NCBI GenBank assembly: GCA_010909165.1
Contig: MU008170.1
Span: forward strand, 372,001 to 436,000
Reading direction: 5' to 3'
Origin: Anthoceros angustus
Lineage: Eukaryota > Plantae > Anthocerotophyta
Length of the DNA: 64,000 bases
The position numbers and the translations under genes are program-made. Of this stretch, positions 49,069 to 61,609 are shown piece by piece. Numbering within the stretch: the stretch's first letter is position 1; each line of letters opens with the position of its first letter. The notes under the pieces were generated by a model. It was not told where the DNA came from and did not search any database. It was given only the letters and a program-made list of their open reading frames with translations.

Positions 49069-50027
49069 ATGGCAAGCGAAATTCTGCCTGCTGCGGTGTT
49101 GCAGAATCTGGCTGAAGTGGAGGGTGCGCTTCAAGACCTAGAGCGGGAGCTGGAAACGGTGCTTCCCAGGTGTAAACAGGATGTTTTGGAGCATCTGAGT
49201 CCCATAGATCGGGCCACCACCTTCCTGCAGCTCTCCAGAACAGCTGGCTGTCTCTTCTCTTGTATGTGGTGCAATTCCGTGTTATGGCATGTCTTCCTTC
49301 CTTTGTTCTGCATTTACAGTACGATTAGGTCAGCTTACAAGCTAAGTTTTTTTTGTATGCAGTGTATTTGAGGACCAAAGGGATTTCACCGGACACCCAC
49401 ATCTCCAAGTCTGAGATTGTAAGTCTTGAAGCTCTTGATGTTTGCTTGGTTTTTGGCTCTCTCTCCGACTCTGACTCCCCCGCTATGTGTCTCGGCAGGA
49501 TAGAGTGGCTTTGTATGCGGACAAGGTTGACAGGGCGAGTTATAAATCCACAGGTTGGTTTTTTTTGTCTCTCTGTTTGTTGAAAGTGCTAACCTTGCAG
49601 GAGCCCGGGAAAGGAAGGGATGCTGGGTAAAGCTTTTGTAACATAGTGAGATGTCGTGAATGTGTGCAGCCCCATCTCGCCCTATGGCTTCTATCGATGT
49701 GCAAGCAGCCGGCAGGTTCATCGAACATGCCATACCGGACTTGACAGAAGGTGAACAGAAGCTCGTGCTGATGAGAGCATTTGTTTTGGCCTTTCACCTT
49801 GTCAGCTCTGCCTTGAGACTATACTTCTTTCTTTTGCAGATCAAAGGAAGCGTGTGCATCACATAGGAAGAGCGGCTGCTGCCACTCGGAAACGGAGACC
49901 GAGGGCGGAGCACGTTTGGAGGGGACGGGCCAAGTCTGGAAAGGGCTTAGAGGAAGCTGCTGCTGCTTTTTTGTCCATCGCCCAGAAAGACTTGCTTGAA
50001 ACAAGGAGAGCTCAGGACGAGAAGTGA
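49069..50027 (+). CDS. C1D/Rrp47 (Sas10/Utp3/C1D) exosome cofactor, 5 exons
   Basis: LSPIDRA..LFS|YLRTKGISPDTH..SEI|DRVALY..IDVQAAGRFIEHAIPDL. Confidence 0.88.
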
Positions 50028-50240
50028 ACAATGGGACTACTCGAATACTGGCGATGCTTAGCTAGCCAGTCTAGCTGTCAAGTGAATCTTGAATTTAATT
50101 TGATCACCGCAAAAGGAGGAGGAGAGGGAGAGTGATGTTGCCTTTTGGGGTTCTCGTTTGTTCCAAGTCCGTTGATATACGAGGCTGTGAAGCTGCTATT
50201 AGGTAGAGGGATTCCGGCTTGGCAATTAGGTACTTGGAAA

Positions 50241-51606
50241 ATGGCAGACCAGGGTAGAGGAGCAAGGAAGGCTCTTTTGGAACTGGTGTATGGCTTTGTG
50301 CCGTCGACAGTGATCAGTACGGTTGTGAATCTCAGAATTCCAGACATCATTGCCAGTCACGGCGAGGATGCTGCCCTTACAGCTGAGGAGATTGCAGCAA
50401 AGCTACCTGCCGCTTCTCCGAACGTCGGGTATCTCGCTCGTGTTCTCCGCTTCCTGGTTTTTCACAAAGTCTTCCGCGCGGAGCATGGTGAGAAGTTTTC
50501 TTGCTCCTCTATCCCTGCAGATTGTGATACCTACAGCTGACACATGAATTGTTTTGGGTTGTAGGAGATGGGACTTCCGCCGTCCGATACGGTCTTACGC
50601 CCATGTCCCAACTATTGGTCTCCACTTCACCCCAGTCTTTGTATCCTATTGTGCGGATGCACATGCACCTAACGGTATCCAGCCCCTTTTCGTTTTTCGA
50701 CGATGCAATCCTCGACAGTAGGAAGGAGCCCTTTGGTGTGGCAAACGATGGCAAGAATCTGTGGACTGTTTGCCAGGAGGACAAGTACTTTGGCAGGATT
50801 TTCAATGACGCCATGTCGTCTTACACCACCTTCACCTTGGATCCGTTACTGGAAGAGTACCAAGGGTTCAAGGAGGTGGCTGTGGTTGCCGATGTGGGAG
50901 GTGGCAGTGGCAAGGCCTTGGAGAGGATAATCCACTACAACCCTCATCTCAAAGGCATCAACTTCGACATGCCGACCGTGACATCCACAGCCCCAGAAAT
51001 ACCCGGTGGGTGAATACCGAATTCCAGACCTGCCGCTGTGCTGAAATGCTTTATTGACTGAACGGTCGGATGGAGTCATCCTCCTAACTATTGTCCTCTG
51101 CCAAGGCATCAGGTGTCACACACGTCGGAGGAAACATGTTCACCAATATTCCTGAAGCGGATGCCATCTTTATGAAGGTAACCTTCCTGAGGAGCTCAGC
51201 TGGAGCCGATGCTGAAAGGAACGAAATGGGCTCCTTCTGCAGCCCAGACCCTCGGCTGAACCTTCTAACCTGGTTGCTCCTCTCGCAGTGGATCCTTCAC
51301 GACTGGAAAGACGAAGAGTGCCTCCAGATTTTGCAAAATTGCTGGAAGGCTCTGCCGGAGAAGGGTGGGAAATTGGTTTTGGTGGAGAGTGTGCTGCCTT
51401 CTCCAGATGAGTACGGGGACCCGGAAGCTAACTTTGAAGCATTACGACGGGATATGGTAATGCTAGCTCATACTAGTGGCATGGAGCGTACTAAGTCTGA
51501 GTGGCGGAGTCTATTTTCGGCAGCAGCATTCTCCACCGTCAATTTCTTCCCGTTTCCTGGCGGCCAATTCATCATAGAAGCTTTCAAATCTGTTGTACAC
51601 ACATGA
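50241..51606 (+). CDS. COMT-like class II O-methyltransferase, 4 exons
   Basis: Dimerisation helix LRIPDII..LARVLRFL, VADVGGGSG, GINFDMP, GGNMF..IPEADAIFMK|WILHDW, GMERTKSEW. Confidence 0.93.
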
Positions 51607-52321
51607 TAAGCTTCAAACTGCAAGCAGATGTTGTGGGTATCATAGTTTGTTTGACAAGTTCTGTCCAATACTATCTCAACATAACAGGCTGGATGAGGCT
51701 CAAGCTCACGGTACTGCTGTCACGATATTCTTCACTGTTTTACAAGTGCCTGTCAGGCCCTGCTTGAACAATTGACTGGTTGACGATTTGTGAGCTAATA
51801 CAGACCGATTCACAGCAGAAAACCCATCAACTCTGAATACAAAACAAACAAATGGCTAGCAAACCACGCGACTCACAAAAAACACATCAACTCTGTATAC
51901 AAAGCAAACACAAACACATGGTTATCAAACCAAATACATGTTTATCAAACCACAAGACGCTGTTTTTGGAAATACCACAGCTTAAGTATGCAGGCACAAC
52001 TAGAACTACCACGTTGCGCATTTTCGACTTGCCAAGAGACTTTTCAAGGTAAAAACATTGTGCTTGCCTTTCCCTGTAAATTGGTTGGCGGATGTGTGAA
52101 GCTTCTCTAAGCTGACACTACAAGAATAGTGTATATTCTGTTATGTTATAATGAGAATATTCTGTTATGTTATAATGAGAAGAGCTCTTATATCAACCAG
52201 GCTACACCTAGGGACATTTAAAAATATCATATGTATCACTTAAAAAATGAAGTATATTACAAAGCAAAAGGGACAATGTATTTGAGAAGAAAATATATCT
52301 ACATCATGCTACGAAAAGCTT

Positions 52322-53984
52322 TTACAAGGAAGAGGATGTGAAAAGTCCGTAGAAGTGGCGTCTGAAATGGGCCAACGTAGCTGCTTTAAGAGCCAAGCAC
52401 ACAGTCACATTCCCGGGATTATTCCAGTCAGGGAGTATTAAGCCGATCTCTGTGAACGCACTCGCCACCGGACCAGCATAAACTGGTTGTCCCCATCCTA
52501 AGTCTACCGACTTAAATGGAAACCGCCACCAAGCTGTGAGAAGTAGAGAGCCCGTTGCAGCCATCACTCCTCTGTGTCTCTCAATCCAAGCCAATGATGA
52601 CTTCACTTGTGTGTCGGTCACTGATCGTTTTACATCCTGCACAAGAAGCTCATTATTTTCAACATGCAACAATTTGGACATTATAATAAGTCTATTACAT
52701 AATTAAATGGTAGATACATCTTCCATCTCACCTGGACTTGTTGAACAAAGTGAGTTAAGGGTTTCTCATAGAGGTCTTTGATAGTGGATTTAACTCTAAC
52801 TGTTACAACGGCATTTCCACACCATCCTTTGTGAGGTGGGGGTATAACTTTTTGACGAAAATCTACGGCAAATAGCATCTCATTTGAGTCATGTAGTTTA
52901 ACATCCCCGTTATCCAAAAGAGCTTTAGCACGCGATTGCCAAATATGTGCACTTAGCACATCAAAGAGAGTATATGTAGAACCCAATACTTCCGATATGT
53001 TCCGAATAACTGTGTCAAGTGCTTGCTGGTCTACTTGAAAGTTATCGAAAACACTCTCGCAAAGTTTCAACAAATCAATATTTTCCCATGGTGTTTGTCT
53101 CCATCGCTGACGCATATTGAAGCATTTCGTATCCGGAAGTGCTGTAAGATAAGTATTAGTGACACGATTTTGAAAACAAAAAAATTAAATAATACATAAT
53201 TCTAGTATCAAAGTATTTGAAAATGAACACTAACCTGAAATATTATGCTCAGGATGTGTTCTTATGAGATCATGTTGTGGAGAAGGTTTGAATATGTCTC
53301 GTCGGTGCAATGGCTGAAGTTCGTAGACAAAATCTCTGCAACATTTGGCTAAATTGTTTGCAAATTGTAGTGCAGCTCCACCATCAAATAAACTGTGCAT
53401 ACATGTTAACCCGAAAGTAAATCCGCCGCACTTGAACCGTGTCACCTAGCAAAGTGGACAAATAGATAGAAGATTATTTGAAGAAAATTATATATCAAAA
53501 CGTTTTTATTCTATTTCACCTTGGCTGGTTTATTCTATACCTGGATACACATTATAGGTCGCAATCGAAATGTGTTTGCATGAACCGGCTTTCCCACAAA
53601 GCTCTTGAATATGGGATTCATTTTCGAAAGATCTCCCAAATCTGCAATGCGAAGATCTGTTCGTGCACCAGCAAACTGAACTCCAAATCCATGATAATCA
53701 ATCCAATAGCGATTATTTCCGTAAATATGTTTCCCACCCATGAATGGATAACTAGGTAGAACCCTCTTCAGCCCGTTTCTCACAATTTCAACAACATCCT
53801 CATTACCTCTCCATGGATGAGGTTTGTAGAAAAATACAACATCCACGGGAAACATTACCATCTGATCAATATTGGAAAGATACAAGGGGTTGCGATGTCG
53901 TTCATCAAGAGAAGACATAATGAACTCAGGCGTGTCTATAGTAATCGGTACAGTAACAGATCCAGGTATATCAATGGACTCCAT
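52322..53984 (-). CDS. BAHD (HXXXD) acyltransferase, 4 exons
   Basis: LYLSNIDQ, Q|VTRFKCGGF..HSLFDG, DLGWG variant of DFGWG. Confidence 0.9.
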
Positions 53985-53989
53985 TGTCA

Positions 53990-54285
53990 GCTAGGAACAA
54001 TGAGATTATCAATATTCCAACCGAAAGCAATAATGCTATCAATCTTCCAGCATTGAGCAAGAATGCTATCAATCTTCAAGCCCTGAGCAAGAATGCTATC
54101 AATCTTCCAGCCCAGAGCAATAACGCTGTCAATCTTCCAGCCGAGAGCAAGAATACTACTAATCTTCCAGCCTAGAGCAATAGAGCAATCAATCTTCCAG
54201 CCGAGAGCAAGAATGCTACCAATCTTCCAGCCGAAGGCAATAGTGCTATCAAGACCGTTGCCAAGAGCAGCAAGAACCTTGACCA
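53990..54285. repeat. 30-bp minisatellite (about 9 copies) abutting the BAHD start codon
   Basis: agcaagaatgctatcaatcttccagccg.g units. Confidence 0.9.
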
Positions 54286-54375
54286 AGGGACATACTTAAG
54301 AACATAGTAAGGTAGAACACTCGAGAATGTACCAAAGGAACAATCAGACGGTTCCTTAAAGAGCCGTTGCCGTTC

Positions 54376-54390
54376 AGAAATTTCTAGAAT
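54376..54390. promoter_or_regulatory. Heat-shock-element-like motif
   Basis: aGAAatTTCtaGAAt, three perfect alternating units; imperfect second copy at 54314-54333. Confidence 0.45.
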
Positions 54391-54724
54391 GTACAAAATG
54401 AGAAACATCCGTTTATTACCGTACTTCATCCAGATGTTTCTCAAACATCCGCTCTCGTTCAGAAATCTCTTTGGTTGTGATTTTTTGTGCTTGGGGTCTC
54501 TGCTCCTCACCCGGAAGTGAAAGAATCGCGTTTCTGACGTCTTGGAACAGGGTTCGGAGAAGAGAGCGTTATGTTCCTGTGCAACTTCGTTCTGCGTATG
54601 TATGCCTCCCATGACAGGTTTCATGCACGTTTTCACCATGGTTGCTAAACGAGATGCCTTCATGTGGTCTTTCATGATCTCAGTGCGTGTTAAACACGGA
54701 CACGGACAAGATGCAAGCAGGCCA

Positions 54725-55640
54725 TAGGATTGCGTTCTTCGAAGAAACAATCCTCGACAGTAGGAAGGAGCCCTTTGCTGTGGGAAACGATGGCAAGGAT
54801 TCGTGGACTGCTATCCAGGAGGACAAGGATTTGGGCAGGATTTTTGACGACGCCATGTCGTGTCACACCTCCGTCATCTTGGATTCATTACTGGAGGAGT
54901 ACCAAGGGTTCAGGGATGTGGGTGTGGTTGCCGATGTGGGAGGCGGCATTGGCAAGGCCTTGCAGATGATCATCCACTACAATGCTCATCTCAAAGGCAT
55001 CAACTTCGACATGCCGACCGTGATATCCAGAGCACCAGAAATACCCGGTGGGTAATTACCCAGTTGCACACCTGCCCCTGTGCTGAAAGGCTGAATGGAT
55101 TGAACTGTCGGATGGATTCCTTGTCCTAACTGTTGTCTTCTGCCAAGGGATCAGGGGTGACACACGTCGGAGGAGACATGTTCACCAATATTCCTGAAGC
55201 AGATGCCATGTTCATGAAGGTACCCTTGCTGAGGAGCTCCCTTTGAACTGATGCTCAATGAAAGAACGAACCCAGCTCCTCGGTTGGACCAACCCATGGC
55301 CCCTTCTAACCTGGTTGCACCGCTCCCAGTGGATCCTTCACGACTGGAAAGACGAACCGTGCCTCCAGATTCTGCAAGATTGTTAGAAGGCTCTATTAGA
55401 GAAGGGTGGGAAGCTGATTGTAGTGGAATGCCCGATGCCCTCTCCAGATGAGAACAGGGAGTCGGATGCCACCGGTGATGCATTACGACGGGATATCTTA
55501 ATGTTAGCTCATACTACTGGCAGGGTGCGCACGAAGTCTGAGTGGCGGAGTCTAGTGTTGGCAGCAGCATTCTCTCAAATCTGCTGTACACACATGACAA
55601 GCTCCAAAGTGCAGGCAGATGTGTGCAAGAGTTCATCACG
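54725..55640 (+). pseudogene. 5'-truncated O-methyltransferase pseudogene
   Basis: Starts mid exon 2 (FFEETILDSRKEPF); frameshift and deletion in the last exon. Confidence 0.85.
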
Positions 55641-55895
55641 ATTCACAGCTTGGTAGACCAGTTCCTTATCTGCTTAGCATCCGATCTTTGTCCTAAGGAA
55701 AACTACTTAGACGACGATAAGGTCTTCAGTGACGCATCTTGTAAACACATCCAGGTACCCTTTGATCGATGCCAACATCAAGGAGTGAAGCTGTTATCAT
55801 TTGAATTCCATCTTGGCAACTAGGTACATGGATACTTGGAAAATGGCAGATCAGTACTCTTAAAGTATCTTAATGGTACATGGATACTTGGAAAA

Positions 55896-57262
55896 TGGCA
55901 GATCAGTACTGACTGGTATATGGATTTGTGCCGTCGACAGTGCTCGGCACGGTTGTGAATCTCAGAATTGCAGACATCATTGCGGGTTCCGGCGAGGCTG
56001 CTGCCCGTACAGCTGAGGAAATTGCAGCAAAGCTACCTGCCGCTTCTCCGAATGTTGGGAATCTCTCTCGCGTTCTCCGCTTCCTGGTGTTCTACAACGT
56101 CTTCCGAGTGGAGTATGATGAGAGTCTTCCTTGGTCTCGACTCTTCCATCCCTGTTGAATGTTCTACGTACAGTTGACGAATGACTTGTGTTGGGTTGTA
56201 GGAGATGGGACTTCCGCTGGCCGATACGGTCTTACACCCATGTCCCAACTCTTGGTCTCCACTTCACCCCAATCTTTGTATCATATTTTGAAGATGCAGA
56301 TGCACCCAGTCGTATTGAACCCTTATACGTGCTTAGAAGCTGCAATCCTCGACAGTGAGAAGGATTCCTTTGGTGTGGCATTCGATGGCAAGGATCTGTA
56401 GACTGTTTGCCAGGAGGACAAGGATTTTGGCAGGATTTTCAATGACTGCATGTCGTGCTACACCAGCTTCACCTTGGATTCATTACTGGAGGAATACCAA
56501 GGGTTTAGGGATGTGGGTGTGGTTGTCGACGTGGGGGGCGGCATTGGCAAGGCCTTGCAGAGGATCATCCACCACAACCCTCATCTCAAAGGAATTAACT
56601 TCGACATGCCTGCCGTGATATCCACAGCCCCAGAAATACCCGGTAGGTGAACACCTAGTTCCAGAGCTGCCACTGTGCTGAAGGCTGAATTGATTGAACG
56701 ATCGGATGGATTCATCCTTCTAACTATCGTCTTCTACCAAGGCATCAGGGGTCACTCACGTCGGAGGAGATATGTTCACAAACATTCCTGAAGCAGATGT
56801 CATCTTTTTGAAGGTAGTCCTTGCTGAGGAGCTCACTTTGAGCTTATTGCCCTACAGGAACGAAATGGGTTTCTTCTGCAGCGCAGCCCCTCGGCTGGAC
56901 CTACTCATGTCCCCATCTAACCTAGTTGCTTCTCTCGCAGTGGATCCTTCACGACTGGAACGACGAGCAGAGCCTCCAGATTCTGCAAAATTGCTGGAAG
57001 GTTCTGCCAGAGAAGGGTGGGAAGTTGGATTTGATGGAGCTCCTGCTGCCCTCTCCAGATGAGGACAGGGACCCGGATGCTACCTTTGAAGCATTAAGGC
57101 GGGATATGGTGATGCTAGCTCATACTGCTGGCAAGGAGCGCACTAAGTCTGAGTGGCAGAGTCTAGTTAGTGTCCGCAGCTGCATTCTCCGACATCAATT
57201 TCATTCCGTTTCCTGGCGACGTATGCATCATAGAAGCTTTCAAATCTGCTGTACACACATGA
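55896..57262 (+). pseudogene. O-methyltransferase pseudogene
   Basis: Full exon set, but TGG>TAG at 56399-56401, N-terminal deletion and a frameshift near 57165. Confidence 0.85.
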
Positions 57263-57518
57263 CAAGCCCCACAGTGCTGGCATATGTGTGCAAGTGTGCA
57301 TCGCAGCTTGGTGGACCAGTTCCTTATCTACTTAGCATCCAAATCTGTATCCTTGGTAAAAGAATTTGGAAGAAAAAATTTCTTCAGTGTACATCTTCTT
57401 TGGTTGTAACAGACGTGTCGAGCGGATGTCCTCACCAGGCTTGCTGTTCCAGCCTGGCGGCATATGAAATTGCAATCTGGGTGGTATGTTGTGACCGGTT
57501 TTAGTGGGTGTAGTAGAG

Positions 57519-60484
57519 ATGATGTGCGCCCCATGGGCAGAGTGCACCCCTTTCCGGGCGTGTCCATGGAATCAGGTGCAGCTCCTGCGAGGGTTGCTTG
57601 ATCGCAGTATCTTGAGGGACGCTGTGGATGTGAGACGCGTTTCCGTTGTCAAGATGCAGCGTTTCATCAAGTAAGATGAGCTACAGCCTTGCCTTCACAT
57701 TGTGTGTTGTGAAGTGCTTGCTGGACTGGGTGAGACCAAGACCAAGCAATTTCCGTCTAAAGTAGGCATTTGCCACTCGTGTCCCTGCTCAGCGGAATGT
57801 TTGCCCAGGTTGACATGTGAGGATTTCGGCCTGAGGCCGTCTCTGCCCCGGAAAATGAATGCGTGGGCCAAGCCCATGGCAATGGCCTCTTTGTCCTCGG
57901 AGCCCAGCAGGAAAGCCAGCACTGGCAAAGGGGGAGGAGGAGGCCAGAGGGGATCTGGGGTTGCCGTGGTCTGGTTCAGAAATGACTTGCGGGTTCACGA
58001 CAATGAGGCCTTGCAGAGGGCATGGCAGGCATCCGAGGCTGTGCTTCCTGTGTATTGTGTGGATCCACGGCATTTTGGCACCACCTACCATTTTGGGTTT
58101 CTGAAAACTGGAGGTTGGGCACTCGGTCCATTCTGTTTGAGAGCATGGGCTCAGCTGACAATCCCTTTCAAAAGCTGAACGTGATTTGGTTTTGCAGAAT
58201 TGCGGGCTCAGTTTCTGCTTGAAAGCCTGGCTGATCTGCGGAGCAGCTTGCAGGAGAGAGGGTCGGAGTTAGTGATTCGAGTGGGTAAACCGGAGGAGGT
58301 TGTGCCTGCTTTGGTGAAGGATATCGGTGCTCACACTGTAAGGACAGTCAGGCAAATTCGTGGATAGAAAGGAATGTGGGAATGGAAGGGTGCGTTCCGG
58401 AGCAGCACAGGTAGAATAGTCACGGTCTGAACAGGGGATCTGCTTTTGCAGGTGTTTGCCCAGAAGGAAACTTGCAAGGAGGAAGTAGATGTGGAACTAG
58501 GCATACAGAAGGGTCTGGCCAAACTTGAAGCAGTCAAAGGGTCGAGAGGTAGGAATCCGATTGTGCAGTTTATCTGGGGTACCACCATGTACCACTTAGA
58601 GGATCTGCCATTTTTGCCTGGGAGATTGCCTGACGTCTACACACAGTTTAGAAAGGTGAGAATGTCTGTCACACCGGCCTTTGCAAGTGTTGTTCATGAT
58701 TTGATGGCATACAGCACTTTATTCATGTCTGTTGAAAGGGCTCGTTTTTGCAGGAAGTTGAGACATCATCGAGAGTTCGGTCTCCTATCAAGATGCCGGC
58801 ATCAATCGGACCCTTACCCCCAGATGCCACAGACAAGTTGGGCGGTTTCGGGAGTTTGCCTACCTTGAGTGATCTTGGATTATCTCCCCGAGAGCAGGTA
58901 TTCCGACATCCAAAACTGAAGGCGTTACATTTTCACTTAAGAATGGTTCTGACATCCCGATGTCTGCACAGAGTTCGCTGGGTGTGATGCGTTTCGTAGG
59001 CGGAGAGAAAGCGGCTCTTGCAAGGATCCAGGACTACTTCTGGTCCAAGGTACTGGTGGTGTTTGGTCCTCCACAATGACATCGGCCTTGCCTTGCACTT
59101 CATGTAGTAAGCAATACTTGCTGTCACAGGATCTTCTGCGTGTTTACAAAGAAACAAGGAATGGATTACTGGGTGCTGACTACTCTACGAAGTTCTCTCC
59201 ATGGCTGGCTGTGGGAGCCCTCTCTCCACGGTTTATCCATGCGGAGGTAGTGTGAGAAAGGTCCAACCCTTACATTCTGGAACGTGCACTTCCGACCTGA
59301 AGCCTACATTCACATCTTCAGCTATTTCCTTTGTGATCCAGGTCAAGCGGTATGAGTCAGAAAGAGTTTCGAACGAGTCCACGTACTGGTATGCTTGTTG
59401 TTTGCAGAATGTGTGGGGCGTTGCTCACTTCAATTAGTACGGTCACCTTTACCGAGGTACATGTGTGCAGGGTCCTCTTCGAACTTATTTGGAGAGACTA
59501 CTTCAGATTCCTCTCAATGAAGTATGGAAATGCAATCTTCTACCTAGGTCTGTAGCAGGATTCACATGATGTGGTATCTCAAATTCCAATCTGCAAGTGT
59601 GCAGGATTCAATCTCTGAGCTTGTGTCATGTCTGACACAGGTGGGCCACGGAAAATTGTGGGCAAAACTTGGGGACAGGACAAGCTGCTGTTTGAAGCCT
59701 GGCGAGATGGTCGCACTGGGTAAGGGCAAGCAGACCGCATGTATGTTGTCGAAGGCTTACCTCTGTAGCCACCAAAATTGGGTAGATTCTCATCTGGCTG
59801 CAGCTTGTGAACACATGCAGATACCCTTTAATCGATGCCAACATGAAGGAGTTACATTCCACTGGCTTCATGTCCAACCGAGGACGGCAGGTGAGGTCTT
59901 CACTGCAAGGCAAGTAGGCGTTTTTTCCAGTGCTGAGCTTCTCTAACATTTGTGTTGACGGTCACAGATTGTATGCTCATTCTTGGTAAGAGACATGGGC
60001 TTGGACTGGCGTTTAGGAGCAGAGTGGTTTGAGTCCTGTCTTTTGGACTACGATCCGTGCTCCAACTACGGAAACTGGACATACGGTGCTGGTATGTCAC
60101 ATCTAGCCTTTCCTTCTCCCATGCTTGTGTCTTATCCCCTACATCATCTCCGTCACAAAATGCAAGAATCTGTCACTTGCACCAGGAGTTGGAAACGATC
60201 CTCGAGAAGACCGGTACTTCAGCATCCCCAAACAGGCCCAGAACTACGACCCAGAAGGAGATTACGTCGCACACTGGCTTCCCCAGCTGCGAGGCCTCTC
60301 CAGGACGGCCCGCCACTCTCCTGGAGAAGCATACTTGAAGCCCATCGTCCCTCTCAAGGTCCCTAACGCCGGCCGAGGCTACAGCAACTCCAACAGCAGC
60401 TCCAGAGGCCGGGGAGCCGGGCGAGGAGGCAGCAGGCCTCAGCAAGGCAGTGCAGGACGAGGTGGCATGTCAAGACGCTTTTGA
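57519..60484 (+). CDS. CRY3: Cryptochrome DASH (cry3), multi-exon, RG/RGG-rich tail; start uncertain (57519, 57654 or 57855)
   Basis: [101 protein letters not shown]. Confidence 0.95.
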
Positions 60485-60726
60485 TGTCACCATGCCAAAT
60501 CCCTTCACCAGAAAGCAAAAGAGTAAAAGATTGTTGCCGCATCGTCTTCATCTCAATTCTGCCCACCGCCCACACTTCCTGCAATCTTGAAGCTCGTAAA
60601 AGCGCTGGGAAGATAATCCCGTTGATATACTCCTGCTGCCCAATCCGCTCGCTCGGAAATATCCATCTCAGCGCAGAGCTGAAGGGAAGGGGAATCTATC
60701 CAGGCAGGAGAGGCGGGGAACCGGAC

Positions 60727-61444
60727 ATGGCAGTGGCAAGCGCAGCTCTGTGCTGCTCCATCTCGTCTCTCCAAGCATCGTCACCGGCCAGGGCTGAGCA
60801 TGGCCGAGCTGGGCAGAGAGCGGCTGCTGGGAGGCGAATGCTGCTGCTCTCCTCGCACCGACAGCAATGCGGGCTGGGGAGGCTGAGCTGCGGCGGCTCC
60901 TCTCTCCGGAGAGCCGCCCCTTCGACTCTCGTCCTGTCCGTGGTGGCCAGCCAGGCTGAGTTCGCAGAGGAGGTGAGCTTCCTTCAGGCGGTGTGATCAA
61001 CATCATCACCCCTTGTGTCGATCAGCAGCATTTTTTTGTACCGCTTGTCCTGATAGAGAGCATTGTTTCTACAGGAGACTGTGAAGTTCAGGTCCGACAT
61101 TCTCAAGCAGCTTGAACAAGAACCAAGCGTGGCAAGCGTCAAGGAGAGACTGGCAGATGTGTGTGCCAAGGTAGCTGTGTGTTTCTTTAGCACCGTTCTA
61201 GGTTGGGCACCGTTTGTAGTCGTGGATGCTGAACAAATGCTTCGCCTGCTGCATTTGGCAGGTGTTCCGGGAGCTGGCAGAGGATTACAATGGCACCTTC
61301 CCGGTGGAGCCGTTTGCCAAAATGAAGGCTGCCTGTGATGAGGTTGGGTTGCCCGGGGGTGAGATTGCTGTGAGAGCCGCGATAGGCTGGAGCAGGGGCT
61401 ACTTGTACTACGACTGGAATCAGTGGAAATCCAAAATCCAGTGA
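60727..61444 (+). CDS. PRIN2: Plastid redox insensitive 2-like protein, 3 exons
   Basis: Transit peptide, EFAEE|ETVKFR..DVCAK|VF..GTFPVEPF..GLPGG..RAAIGW..DWNQW. Confidence 0.8.
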
Positions 61445-61609
61445 GGAAGGATACATAGGTAGGCACCGGGGATGGAGCCATTTGCCAATTTTGATGGCCC
61501 GGAAGTGATGGATATTGTTTGAAGGAAATGAGGAAATGTAGGCAGTTTTTCAAATTTTCCAGTCTTGCAAAATTGGTGCATCGGATGTCAGACTTCTGCC
61601 TGCTGCTGG

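Noticed and set aside
56399-56401. TAG in the third OMT rescued by editing or readthrough
   Set aside because: Nuclear gene, and additional lesions (N-terminal deletion, frameshift) indicate a pseudogene
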